A stretch of DNA of 62,620 nt, filler included, from 7 parts of 7 records of this genome joined end to end with filler, not necessarily neighbours in it; one strand, 5' to 3'. Positions 23,923 to 33,891 are shown, counted from the whole stretch's first letter. A program made the numbers and translations. Notes: generated by a model from the letters alone, not told the origin.

Positions 23923-24741
23923 TTACTCCAAAACCTTTATTTCTTGCAGTAATATTTCCAGTGCCGGCGAAACCATGCCTCCGTGGTTAAACGCATCCTG
24001 CTCGTAAAGCTTGGTGTGTTTGTGTCCGGCAACTTTCATCATGCGATACATGTATGCATTTTCTTCGTAACGGCCTAACATTTCCAGCTCTCTGTCACCG
24101 GTGATTAATACTAAAGGTGGTGCATCTGCCCGAACATGATATAATGGCGCAAATTCGTCAATTATAGGTTGTTTGCCGTCAATGCCGCGTTCTTTCCGAA
24201 CGGTAAAATGTGTTATGGTGTGCCCGCTAAAAGGAATGAGCATGGCAATACTATCTGCATCAATATCATACCGAGCAAGATAACTCTTATCCATGCCAAC
24301 CATGCTGGTTAGATAGCCGCCGGCAGAATGTCCCGAAACCACAATTTTATCGTCACTTCCGCCATATTTTTCAATATTTTTAAATGTCCATGCAACTGCC
24401 GCGGCTGCGTCTTCAATATAGGTGGGGCATTTAACTTTGGGGTGCAGGCGGTAATTAACAGCAACAATTGCAATGCCTTTTTTCTTCAACTTTTCAGGTA
24501 TGTGTTTATTCCCTGCTTTTATTCCTCCTCCGTGAAACCAAACTACGGTTGTGAAATTTTCCGCATCAGCCGGATAGTAGATGTCAAGTTTACAACGCTC
24601 CTTTATATAATCATCCTGAACCTGTTCTGACTCGGAACGATAAGTAATATCCTTTACAGTTTTATAGCTTGTTTCGGTTTGCGCATAAGTTGAGGTTAGC
24701 AGTATTGCGAAGGCAAATAGTAAGTAGAGTTTTTTTAACAT
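23923..24741 (-). CDS. Secreted HSL-family esterase/lipase
   Basis: Signal peptide TYA|QT, WFHGGG, VNYRL, GHSAGG. Confidence 0.88.
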   Translation of the reverse strand: MLKKLYLLFAFAILLTSTYAQTETSYKTVKDITYRSESEQVQDDYIKERCKLDIYYPADAENFTTVVWFHGGGIKAGNKHIPEKLKKKGIAIVAVNYRLHPKVKCPTYIEDAAAAVAWTFKNIEKYGGSDDKIVVSGHSAGGYLTSMVGMDKSYLARYDIDADSIAMLIPFSGHTITHFTVRKERGIDGKQPIIDEFAPLYHVRADAPPLVLITGDRELEMLGRYEENAYMYRMMKVAGHKHTKLYEQDAFNHGGMVSPALEILLQEIKVLE

Positions 24742-24911
24742 GGTTGAATTAAATTAGGTAAGTTGTTTTTGTTGTTTTGTAATCTCCACTAAAGTTAATT
24801 TTTTTGATTAAAAACAAATATCGTTTTGTGGTGTTTTCCAAGAAAGATAATTTGTTAAACTAAAAAAGGAAGAAAAGTTGTAACTTGCATTTAGCAACAA
24901 ATAAAATTAAA

Positions 24912-25417
24912 ATGGCTGCAAATAAGAATCTGTTAATCTATGTTGTAGAAGACAACAAATTATACAATAGATTGGTAACCAATTTTCTTGGGCAAGAAGG
25001 GTATACAAACATAAAATCGTTTCTTACAGGAAAAGAATGTGTTGATGCCGTTAATCAAGGAGAAAAACCACAAATTATTATTCAGGATTATCATCTTGAT
25101 GACACCAATGGCATTGCAGTGTTACAGGCCGTAAAGAAAAAAATAAAGAAACAGAATTTGTGTTTTTAACTGCAAACGAAGATATGGAAGTTGCTGTGAA
25201 TACAATTAAATACGGAGCTTACGATTATATTATAAAAGATAGTGATGTGGCCATGAAGAAAGTGGCTAATAAAATTGAAAAGATTTGTAAAGTATTCGAA
25301 CTTCAGCAAAGGAATTTTATAATAAAAAGAGTAATGGTTATAACATTTGTTCTTTTGGTAGCCATTGTAATTGTGGCTTTATTACATACGTTTTTTAATA
25401 TTTTTGGAGTAAGATAA
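24912..25417 (+). CDS. Response-regulator receiver protein with C-terminal TM helix; frameshift at A7 25137-25143
   Basis: IYVVEDN, IIIQDYHL, then (A restored) KKKNKETEFVFLTANED...GAYDYIIK and a hydrophobic tail VMVITFVLLVAIVIVALL. Confidence 0.8.
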
Positions 25418-25433
25418 ATTGACCAATAATTAT

Positions 25434-25474
25434 ATAAAAAAACAGGCTGCAAAATTTTTGCAGCCTGTTTTTAT
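25434..25474. terminator. Bidirectional intrinsic terminator
   Basis: AAAAACAGGCTGCAA...TTGCAGCCTGTTTTT between convergent genes. Confidence 0.9.
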
Positions 25475-25488
25475 ACATCATGTATTTC

Positions 25489-27270
25489 TTAATTTGTCAG
25501 TTTTTCCAAACGTTTCATAATCGAGAAAATAAATGCAGCAGAAATAATACAGCAAACCACGAAGATTGCCCATAGTTGCCACAATTCAATTTTATCCCAG
25601 AAGAAACTTCCAATACCAAGTAGTTTGTTACCTACCGCTGTAGCCAATAACCAACCACCTTGCATTAATCCCTGGAAGCGCGCGGGTGATACTTTTGATA
25701 CAAAAGAAAGTCCCATTGGGCTCAGGAATAATTCGGCAATAGTAAGTACAAGATAACTGTTAATTAGCCAGTAGGGTGAAATTCTTGATGAGTCAGGAAC
25801 AGGACTGCCATTTAACTCAAATGGAGACACAATGTCTAAAGAGCCTACTAACATAATCACAAAACCAACAGCTGCGATAATCATACCGATACCAATTTTA
25901 CGCGGAGTGGAAGGTTCTTTTCCGCGATTGGCCAACCATGTAAAAATTCCTGATACCAGAAAGGTTAATGCAACAATAAACAATGGATTGAATGATTGGA
26001 ATACTTCAGGTTGAATGTCATTATTGGCTCCGCCCAAAGTATAAAGGTAATATGTTAATGCACCTAATATCACAAACATGCCAGCACCGATAATCCGTGT
26101 TTTTGTATTGTTCCCTTTTTTTAGTAATAAAACTAATCCAAAAACGGTTCCTATTACAGCGAGAATATTGTACCATTCAAAAAACAGATAAGTAGACTGA
26201 CCTACTGCCTTAACTGTATAGTCGCGGGCAAAGAAAGTCATGGTTAATCCGTTCTGGTGGAACGACATCCAGAAGAAAATTACTACCCCAAAAACAAGCA
26301 GCAAGGCTGTAATTCGCGGACGTTCTTCTTTTGTTGAAATACCCAGAATCCAGGCCACAAAACCAGCAAATAAACCAACTGCAAAACCAATACCTGTATC
26401 AATTCCTAAAATTAACGAAAGGGCAATAACTCCACCCATAACAAGCGCAGGTACAACAACTTTTATTATACTGATTTTTTCGTCCTTTTTCTCTGATTTA
26501 ACAACCTCTTTATTTGGTAAAAGTTTGTTAAAGAATATGTAAACCACTAAGGATACTAACATTGCTCCGGCGGCTACAGCAAAAGCATAATTGTATCCAC
26601 GCGAAAATACGTCGATGTAGTCTTGTGCGAATGCTGCCAAATCTGTAACCGGACCTGATACATTTGCCGCATTGGCAAGTTGCTGGAAGGTTTCAGTATC
26701 TTTAAGCGTGCCGTTTATCATCTGGTGACACATGGCAGGTAAACTACCATCGTGGTTAAAACCATTGGTTTTTAGCCACCAGTTACGGGCTGCATTTGCT
26801 GCAAAAGGAGCAAAAAAGGCACCAATGTTAATACCCATGTAAAACAATAAGTAAGCTTTGTCGCGAAGTTTTTCGTATTTCGGATCGTCGTACATCTGAC
26901 CAACAACTGCCTGTAGGTTTCCTTTAAATAAACCATTACCCAACGATATGGTGAACAGGAAAATTATGGTTGTAGTTAAACTCATTCCCGGAATTGCCAT
27001 CATTACATAACCAAGAAACATAATAATGATTCCCGACATGATAACACTTTTATACTTCTTTGTTGCATCGGCAATTATACCACCAAGCAAGGCAAGGGCA
27101 TAAATGGCAAAGTAGAACCAACTGTAAATGCTTCCGGCTGTTTGTGCGCTAACATCGAACTTAGCCTGAAGAAACAGTACTAAAATTGCCATCATAGTAT
27201 AGAAACCAAAGCGTTCTCCCATATTGGCAAAAAAGGCCACAATCAAACCTTTAGGATGATCTTTAAACAT
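25489..27270 (-). CDS. POT/PTR family oligopeptide MFS transporter
   Basis: HPKGL, GERFGFY, GNGLFKGN, FYMGINIGA, QSFNP, AELFLSPMGLS. TATATTTG promoter element at 27327-27320. Confidence 0.92.
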   Translation of the reverse strand: MFKDHPKGLIVAFFANMGERFGFYTMMAILVLFLQAKFDVSAQTAGSIYSWFYFAIYALALLGGIIADATKKYKSVIMSGIIIMFLGYVMMAIPGMSLTTTIIFLFTISLGNGLFKGNLQAVVGQMYDDPKYEKLRDKAYLLFYMGINIGAFFAPFAANAARNWWLKTNGFNHDGSLPAMCHQMINGTLKDTETFQQLANAANVSGPVTDLAAFAQDYIDVFSRGYNYAFAVAAGAMLVSLVVYIFFNKLLPNKEVVKSEKKDEKISIIKVVVPALVMGGVIALSLILGIDTGIGFAVGLFAGFVAWILGISTKEERPRITALLLVFGVVIFFWMSFHQNGLTMTFFARDYTVKAVGQSTYLFFEWYNILAVIGTVFGLVLLLKKGNNTKTRIIGAGMFVILGALTYYLYTLGGANNDIQPEVFQSFNPLFIVALTFLVSGIFTWLANRGKEPSTPRKIGIGMIIAAVGFVIMLVGSLDIVSPFELNGSPVPDSSRISPYWLINSYLVLTIAELFLSPMGLSFVSKVSPARFQGLMQGGWLLATAVGNKLLGIGSFFWDKIELWQLWAIFVVCCIISAAFIFSIMKRLEKLTN

Positions 27271-27575
27271 ATTCTAACTGATTTTTTAAATTAATAATTC
27301 CTTTGTTATAGTGCGATGGCAAATATAGAAATCTTTTCTCCTTCTACAACTTGACAAAGGTCAGGTTCAGTATGTTATACAAGCTCTTAAATTTGGTATG
27401 TATATGTTGTAGAATATCCACGTTCCGAAATAACATAAAAATGCTGCAGAATACACACGTTTGCAATTAATTTCTTTTTGTTCTTTGGGAAAAAGGACCG
27501 AATTTTTACTAACTTACATTGAACTTATTTGAAAGAAATGCCCTGTGGCCTTTACTGTTTCAATGTTTTACCATT

Positions 27576-28516
27576 ATGAAGTTATTTAGTACAAAAAGAA
27601 TTACCGAAATAGACAAGTATACTATTGAACACGAACCAATAGCAGATATTGATTTAATGGAGCGGGCAGCTCTTCAAATAACCAATTTTTTATTGCAACA
27701 ATTTTCTACCGAGCAAAAGCTTATCTTTTTTTCAGGCCCCGGAAATAACGGTGGCGATGCGCTGGCAATGGCACGTCAAATGGCCGATTTCGATTACCGG
27801 TGCGAAGTATATTTGCTCGATTTTGGGAAAGACTTGAAAGGTTCGCCGGCAATTAACTGGCAACGCCTCAAAGATCAAAGTAAAGCGAAGTTGTTGCGCA
27901 TGGAAAGCATAAATGATTTTCCTGAAATAAACGAAACCGATGTAATTATCGACGGACTTTTTGGCTCGGGATTATCGCGCCCTCTGGAAGGTTTGCCTGC
28001 CGAAATTGTTCAAAATATTAATCAGCTGCTAAATGTGGTTGTTGCTGTCGATATTCCAAGTGGTTTAATGGGCGAAGATAACAGCCAGAATATTTTTGAA
28101 AATATTATCCGGGCCGATTTTACTCTAACCTTACAGTTCCCGAAAATAAGTTTCTTGTTTGCCGAAAACGCCGAATATGTGGGCGAGTGGGAGGTGTTAC
28201 CAATTGGCTTGCACCCGGACGGAATGGATAAAGTTGAATCGAATTATTTTTTGTTGGAAGAAGATGAGGTGTTGGGAAAAATGCCGGTGCGTTCGAAATT
28301 CGATCACAAAGGGACATTTGGACACGCCTTGTTAATTGCCGGGAGTTATGGAAAAATGGGGGCCGCAATACTGGCATCTAAAGCTTGTTTGCGTGCCGGA
28401 GTTGGCCTGCTAACTTCGCATGTTCCACATTTAGGGTATCCTATAATTCAAACTGCAGTACCCGAGGCAATGGCTAGTATCGACAGGCACGATTCAATGT
28501 TTACCGAATTTCCCGA
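27576..28516 (+). CDS. nnr: Bifunctional NAD(P)H-hydrate epimerase/dehydratase, 3'-truncated
   Basis: LMERAA, GPGNNGGD, IDGLFGSG, VDIPSG, HKGTFGH, GAAILAS..CLRAGVGL. Confidence 0.93.
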
Positions 28517-28616
28517 NNNNNNNNNNNNNNNNNNNNNNNNNNNNNNNNNNNNNNNNNNNNTTAATTAATTAANNNNNNNNNNNNNNNNNNNNNNNNNNNN
28601 NNNNNNNNNNNNNNNN
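28517..28616. other. Artificial contig spacer
   Basis: N-TTAATTAATTAA-N. Confidence 0.99.
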
Positions 28617-28750
28617 GGAAGGTACACATTCTCGCTCATTTCTTCGTTTGAAGGTGAGTCAGGATCGGTGTTAACATCTAGCCACTCTTCGCAAGATTGA
28701 AATGTTAACGCAATTACTATTGATGCTATGTATAATAATTTTGTCTTCAT
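28617..28750 (-). CDS. SusD/RagB lipoprotein, N-terminal fragment
   Basis: Lipobox FQSC followed by EEWLDVNTDP; directly after susC. Confidence 0.8.
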
Positions 28751-28768
28751 AATTTTTTATTTTTTGAA

Positions 28769-31700
28769 TTAGAAAATAACTCTTAGAGATACATTGTAAC
28801 TTTTGGTTGCAGGCATTAAAAAGCTCATGAAACCTTGTCCATTGCCACTACCATATAGACTTAGTTCAGGATCTGATCCTGTAAAGCTGTCGTCTACTTT
28901 TCTCCATAAATTTCTTCCGGTAAAAGCAATGTCTAATCCTTGAATAGGTGTTTTCTCTAAGAATGTTCGAGGAACTTTATACCCTACGGTGAGTTCTCTT
29001 AATTTTATGTAATCAGCTTTCTGAACCATAAATTCATCTGCCAAACCACCCATGCTTGTGTAATAAGTGAAAGCATCTACTTCAATATCATTAGGTGAAC
29101 CGTCACTAGCTTTTACGCCGCCAGGGAACATGGCTGGTTCGTCTCTGTTTTCAGTTTGAATGGATGTTCCGTAGAATGTTGTATAATATTCATCAAAGTT
29201 CATAATATCACCACCTTTTCTAACATCAATAAGAGCCCCAACTGATAAACCTTTGTAACTAAATGTGTTTCTAAAGCCACCAATCCAGTCTGGTTCAACA
29301 TATCCAATTGGGCCAAGATCGTCATCAATTAATGGCATTCCGTAAAACGGACTGTTTTCATCGTCATCTATTACTACTTGTCCATCATCATTTCTTTGAT
29401 AACGAGAACCCCAGATAACTCCATACGGTGTGTTTTCACGAATAAAAATACCAGGACTTGTAAAACCTGCTAATCGAATACTTTCTACACCATCAGTTAA
29501 TTCAACCACTTCGTTCTTGTTTTTGGTGTAGTTAACAGTTATGTCCCAAGAGAAACTGTTGGTTCTTATGGGTGTAATATCTACAAGTAATTCAACTCCT
29601 TTATTTGATATCTCGCCAGCATTAATACGTCTTTGCAAATATCCGGTTGATGAAGCCACAGGAGCCCTGAAAATTTGATCTTTACTTACCCTGTCGTAAT
29701 ATGCGAAGTCAATTCCAAGTCGATTGCTGAATAATCGAACATCAAGACCTACTTCAAATTCAGTTGTAATCTCTGGTTTTAAATCAGGATTTCCCTGGAT
29801 GTTACTTTCCTTGTAACTTCCAACTCCATCAAACGGGTAAATAATATCGCCACGTTGTCCATCGCCTGGATTAACAGTTACATTGGCTGTAGATATTGCG
29901 TATGCAGGGGCATCGTTACCAACTTGAGCAAACGATAACCTTACTTTACCGTATGTAAGAATGTTTTCAGGTATGGAAATCATCTCTGAGAATACATAAC
30001 CTAAACTAACGCTTGGGTAAAAATATGAGTTGTTATCATCAGGTAATGTAGAAGACCAGTCGTTCCTTCCAGTAACAGTTAAGAATAATGCACTGCGATA
30101 TGCAAATTCTGCTTGTCCATAAACACTGAACGATCTACTTTGTGTTGTTCCAACAACAGGTGCAAAAACAGTAGCATTTGATAGATTATAAAATTCCGGA
30201 ATAATAAAATCAGTTCCTTGTACTTTTTCAAAATGATAATACCTGTCGTTAATATTATTTCCAAGTATAAGGTTCGAAGAAATATCAGGTGTAATATTCT
30301 TATTAATTGTTAAAATGATATCAGAGTTGATTTCTCTGTTTGTTCTCGATGTTTGCTCAATTCTTCCATTTGGATAATTACCACGGTTTCCTGTGTTTTC
30401 ATAAAATTTAGTTCCTGATTTATAATAATCAACACCAACTTTTCCGCTCAAACTCATCCATGATAAAATTTTGTAATCAAGACCAAAATTTGGGGTGAAC
30501 CTATCTCGTTCTTCTGTATATAATGTGTTTTCGGCCAGCCAATAGGGATTATTCCTGTATGGAGAACGGTATAACCGTTGTACACCATTTTCATCAACAG
30601 CAGGCTCAAAATTATAATTTACAGGACCGTTTAAAATTGTCCATAAAACAGAACTCATACCATTTCCTTCAGCCATTCTGTCGTTGTTGGTTTTTATGTA
30701 ACCCATTTTAGCCGTTACCTTAAGTTTTTCAGAAAGATTTCCTGTGAAATTGGCAACCAGGTTATTTCGTTTTAACTCATTATTTGGCACAGTACCTTCT
30801 TGGTTAAGGTTCGCATACGACAAGTAATAATTGAATTTTTCGCTACCACCCTGTACACTTAATGAATTTTCGAATGTTTGTCCTGTCTTAAAGAATTGAT
30901 CCCAGTGATTGTATGTTTCAACATCCATAGTATCAAGCTTGGCACCCCATACATAGTATGTCTTCCTGTCTTCACCATCGTAATATTCGCCATTAAAACC
31001 GAGACTGTATTTATCCTGATATTGTGGCTCAATGATATTTGCCCAGCCATAACGGGAGTTGAAAGTAACCTGTGGGCCTGATTCTTTTAACATGCCAGAT
31101 TTACCATCTTTTGTGGTTATCATAATAACCCCGTTTGCAGCTCTGGAACCATACAAAGCAGTTGCAGAAGCACCTTTTAATACAGACATATTTGCGATTT
31201 GGTTTGGATCAATATCAATCCCAGTGTTTGCAGATCCACCAAAGAATAATGCTTGATCCTCATCTTCTTCATCAAACCAGTATTCTGTATTTTCGAAAGG
31301 TACACCATCAATTACAAATAACGGTTGGTTGTTGTAATTAAGCGATGAATTACCACGAATAACAATTCTTGATGAACTTCCCGCCATACCACTAGAATTG
31401 CTAATTGATACGCCTGCTACTTTACCGGCTAAGGCGTTAACAATATTAGATTCTCGTGAGGCAACCAAATCTTCAGAATTTACTTCGGTTACTGAATAAC
31501 CTAATGCCTTTTTCTCTCGTTTAATACCCAATGCTGTTACAACAACTTCTTCAAGACCAATTAATTCTGGTTCCAATGCAACATCAATTGTTGTTCTGCC
31601 ATTAATTGATAATGTTTGAGATTTCATTCCAACATAAGAGTAGACAAGAAATTCAGCAGTTGCGGGTGCTGAAATTGTATAGATTCCGTCAATATCGGTT

Positions 31701-31858
31701 ATTACACCAATACTTGTGCCCTGGACAACAACAGATACGCCAGGTAATGTTTCTCCTTCTGTAGAAGTAACTTTACCACTGATTTGTTTTTCCTGTGCAA
31801 ACAGACTATGCACAGCTAGAAAGGAACATAATAATGCCCCTAAAAGACTTTTTTTCAT
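28769..31858 (-). CDS. SusC/RagA TonB-dependent transporter
   Basis: EEVVVTALGIKR, PLFVIDG, VLKGASATALYGSRAANGVIMITTK, C-terminal Phe. Confidence 0.95.
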   Translation of the reverse strand: MKKSLLGALLCSFLAVHSLFAQEKQISGKVTSTEGETLPGVSVVVQGTSIGVITDIDGIYTISAPATAEFLVYSYVGMKSQTLSINGRTTIDVALEPELIGLEEVVVTALGIKREKKALGYSVTEVNSEDLVASRESNIVNALAGKVAGVSISNSSGMAGSSSRIVIRGNSSLNYNNQPLFVIDGVPFENTEYWFDEEDEDQALFFGGSANTGIDIDPNQIANMSVLKGASATALYGSRAANGVIMITTKDGKSGMLKESGPQVTFNSRYGWANIIEPQYQDKYSLGFNGEYYDGEDRKTYYVWGAKLDTMDVETYNHWDQFFKTGQTFENSLSVQGGSEKFNYYLSYANLNQEGTVPNNELKRNNLVANFTGNLSEKLKVTAKMGYIKTNNDRMAEGNGMSSVLWTILNGPVNYNFEPAVDENGVQRLYRSPYRNNPYWLAENTLYTEERDRFTPNFGLDYKILSWMSLSGKVGVDYYKSGTKFYENTGNRGNYPNGRIEQTSRTNREINSDIILTINKNITPDISSNLILGNNINDRYYHFEKVQGTDFIIPEFYNLSNATVFAPVVGTTQSRSFSVYGQAEFAYRSALFLTVTGRNDWSSTLPDDNNSYFYPSVSLGYVFSEMISIPENILTYGKVRLSFAQVGNDAPAYAISTANVTVNPGDGQRGDIIYPFDGVGSYKESNIQGNPDLKPEITTEFEVGLDVRLFSNRLGIDFAYYDRVSKDQIFRAPVASSTGYLQRRINAGEISNKGVELLVDITPIRTNSFSWDITVNYTKNKNEVVELTDGVESIRLAGFTSPGIFIRENTPYGVIWGSRYQRNDDGQVVIDDDENSPFYGMPLIDDDLGPIGYVEPDWIGGFRNTFSYKGLSVGALIDVRKGGDIMNFDEYYTTFYGTSIQTENRDEPAMFPGGVKASDGSPNDIEVDAFTYYTSMGGLADEFMVQKADYIKLRELTVGYKVPRTFLEKTPIQGLDIAFTGRNLWRKVDDSFTGSDPELSLYGSGNGQGFMSFLMPATKSYNVSLRVIF

Positions 31859-31906
31859 AGATTAAAATTTAGGTTTAACAAAAAACATATAGTAAATAAT
31901 TAAACC

Positions 31907-31939
31907 GGTGCTATACACCACGCAAGTGGCGTAAGCACC
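31907..31939 (-). other. RNA hairpin in the susC 5' leader
   Basis: Minus strand GGTGCT-TACGCCAC-TTGC-GTGGTGTA-T-AGCACC: 14-bp stem with one bulge and one G-U. Confidence 0.55.
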
Positions 31940-32074
31940 AGAAAAATTGTTTGCAGGTTTAGCTGCTCACAAAGACACCCAACTTGAAGTGGTAAAATTG
32001 TTGATGGTAGTGCTAATGAAGATAGTTGTGTAATTATCTATTTTATAAACCTAAATTATGTAATTTCGCACGTA

Positions 32075-32145
32075 CATCTTGAATTTTACAATTCATCCAT
32101 TAAAAGGTGTCTAGCCTTCGGTTCCACCAAAACCGAAGGCTTTTT
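32075..32145 (+). ncRNA. Candidate antisense sRNA in the susC upstream region
   Basis: Promoter-like TAATTTCG at 32061-32068 and terminator AGCCTTCGGTT-CCACCAA-AACCGAAGGCT-TTTT at 32113-32145, both on the + strand. Confidence 0.4.
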
Positions 32146-32149
32146 AAAT

Positions 32150-32166
32150 GACATTTATCATGCCAA
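32150..32166 (-). promoter_or_regulatory. Putative sigma54 (-24/-12) promoter for susC
   Basis: TTGGCATGATAAATGTC = GG-N10-GT against consensus TGGCACG-N4-TTGC. Confidence 0.5.
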
Positions 32167-32242
32167 ATAATATAATATTTTGAATGAGAGGTGTTTACCC
32201 TGTTAAAGAACAGATAAGTTCTAAATAATATTTTGCGGGATT

Positions 32243-32297
32243 TGTTCGATACTGAAACATATCATGTACGTAATCGAACAGTGTTATCTATATAACA
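32243..32297. promoter_or_regulatory. Three tandem enhancer-like palindromes
   Basis: TGTTCGATACTGAAACA (32243), TGTACGTAATCGAACA (32265) and TGTTATCTATATAACA (32282): TGT-N10/11-ACA. Confidence 0.5.
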
Positions 32298-32305
32298 CTA
32301 ATAAG

Positions 32306-33679
32306 TTATTCTTGCTCTGTATAGTACGTTTGTTGATGATTTTCCGCTATACGAATTAATCTTTCAGCAATTTCTTCATTTTGGTTCAACACATTTGTCG
32401 TCTCAAACGGGTCGTTTTCCAGGTCAAACAATGATAAGCCAATAGAATCTATCCTAAATTTACCAGCAGAACCATCCATTCCTGGTTCTATTAGTGTCCG
32501 ATATTTATGTGGTAAGTGCAATTTCCATTTTCCATCTCCACTAATTATTCCTTCAAAATTATTCCCCGTAGAAAAAGGATAATATTCATGCGGGTTAATT
32601 GCATTTTCTTTTCCCGTTATTATATCCCAAATATTTTTTCCGTCAATTTCATAATCGGGCAGGTTAGCCCCGGTAATATGGGCAATTGTGGGTAACAGGT
32701 CAACAGAGTTTATTACTTGAGTCGATTCCGTATTCCCTTTAATTTCTTTTGGGTATTTAATGATGCAGGCAGAACGGATTCCACCGTCGAATCCGGTTGC
32801 TTTGGCTTCGCGGTAAGGCGTAATCCCAGCATGGTTTCCGTAGCTTGTCCATGGGCCATTATCAGAAGTGAAGATTACGAGTGTGTTTTCTGCGATGCCG
32901 TTATCCTCTAAAGTTTGTAGTATTTTCCCAACACTCCAATCTATTTCCATCATTACATCACCATATGTTCCAATACCAGATTTTCCATCAAATTTATCGC
33001 TGCAAAACAATGGCACATGGGGCATTGAATGAGGGACATAAAGGAAAAAAGGATTTTCTTTATTGCGTGAAATAAAATCTACAGCTTTTTCTGTATACCA
33101 GGTAGTAAGCATTTTTTGCTCATTTGGTGTAACACGGTCAATTGTAACCTCGCCATTCTCCCAGTAACGCAACGGCCATTGTCCCCAATATTCAGGGCTT
33201 TCGGGGTGGAATTCCCACATGTCATTCGAGTACATTAACCCTGCTGATTCATCAAAACCTCTCGCCGGTGGCCTTGTAGTTGGTTGATCCCCAATATGCC
33301 ATTTACCAAAAGAACCGGTTACATAGCCATTCTCTTTTAACACCTCAGAAATAATTTTGTATTTAGGATCGAGTCCGAATGCATTTGGGGGATGTGCACT
33401 AAATACTTTTGTCCTGCCCGGATAACAACCCGATAACAGCGATGCCCTTGAGGCAGAACATATACCTTGAGGCACATAAAAATTCTTAAAGCAACATCCA
33501 TCTTTTGCTAACTGTAAAATATTTGGGGCAGCGTATTCCGGATTGCCAAAGGGTTTGTAATCGCCCCATCCCGAGTCGTCGAGAAAAATAATAACGATAT
33601 TTGGTTGTTTTTCATTGTTGCGGCTACAACTGAACAATGATATTGATATTATAAGAATTATTTGAAATTTTTTAACCAT
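32306..33679 (-). CDS. S1 arylsulfatase lipoprotein
   Basis: Lipobox LFSC, PNIVIIFLDD, CSASRASLLSG, GKWHIG, MPHVP, TSDNGP. Confidence 0.93.
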   Translation of the reverse strand: MVKKFQIILIISISLFSCSRNNEKQPNIVIIFLDDSGWGDYKPFGNPEYAAPNILQLAKDGCCFKNFYVPQGICSASRASLLSGCYPGRTKVFSAHPPNAFGLDPKYKIISEVLKENGYVTGSFGKWHIGDQPTTRPPARGFDESAGLMYSNDMWEFHPESPEYWGQWPLRYWENGEVTIDRVTPNEQKMLTTWYTEKAVDFISRNKENPFFLYVPHSMPHVPLFCSDKFDGKSGIGTYGDVMMEIDWSVGKILQTLEDNGIAENTLVIFTSDNGPWTSYGNHAGITPYREAKATGFDGGIRSACIIKYPKEIKGNTESTQVINSVDLLPTIAHITGANLPDYEIDGKNIWDIITGKENAINPHEYYPFSTGNNFEGIISGDGKWKLHLPHKYRTLIEPGMDGSAGKFRIDSIGLSLFDLENDPFETTNVLNQNEEIAERLIRIAENHQQTYYTEQE

Positions 33680-33891
33680 TACTTTGCAGTTCATAATTGT
33701 AAGTGTTTAATTATTTTTCTCTTATAAGAAAAATGTTTTTTGAGTTAGATAACTTATATTTTTCTACCTTCTAATTAACAGCTTATTATTCAAACTATAT
33801 TGTTAATGAACAAAAATAGTCTTTTCGTGTAAATAAGATTGCCTAAACTAATTTGCCCCGTATAACGTATAGCGTAAATGAGATTTGAAAG

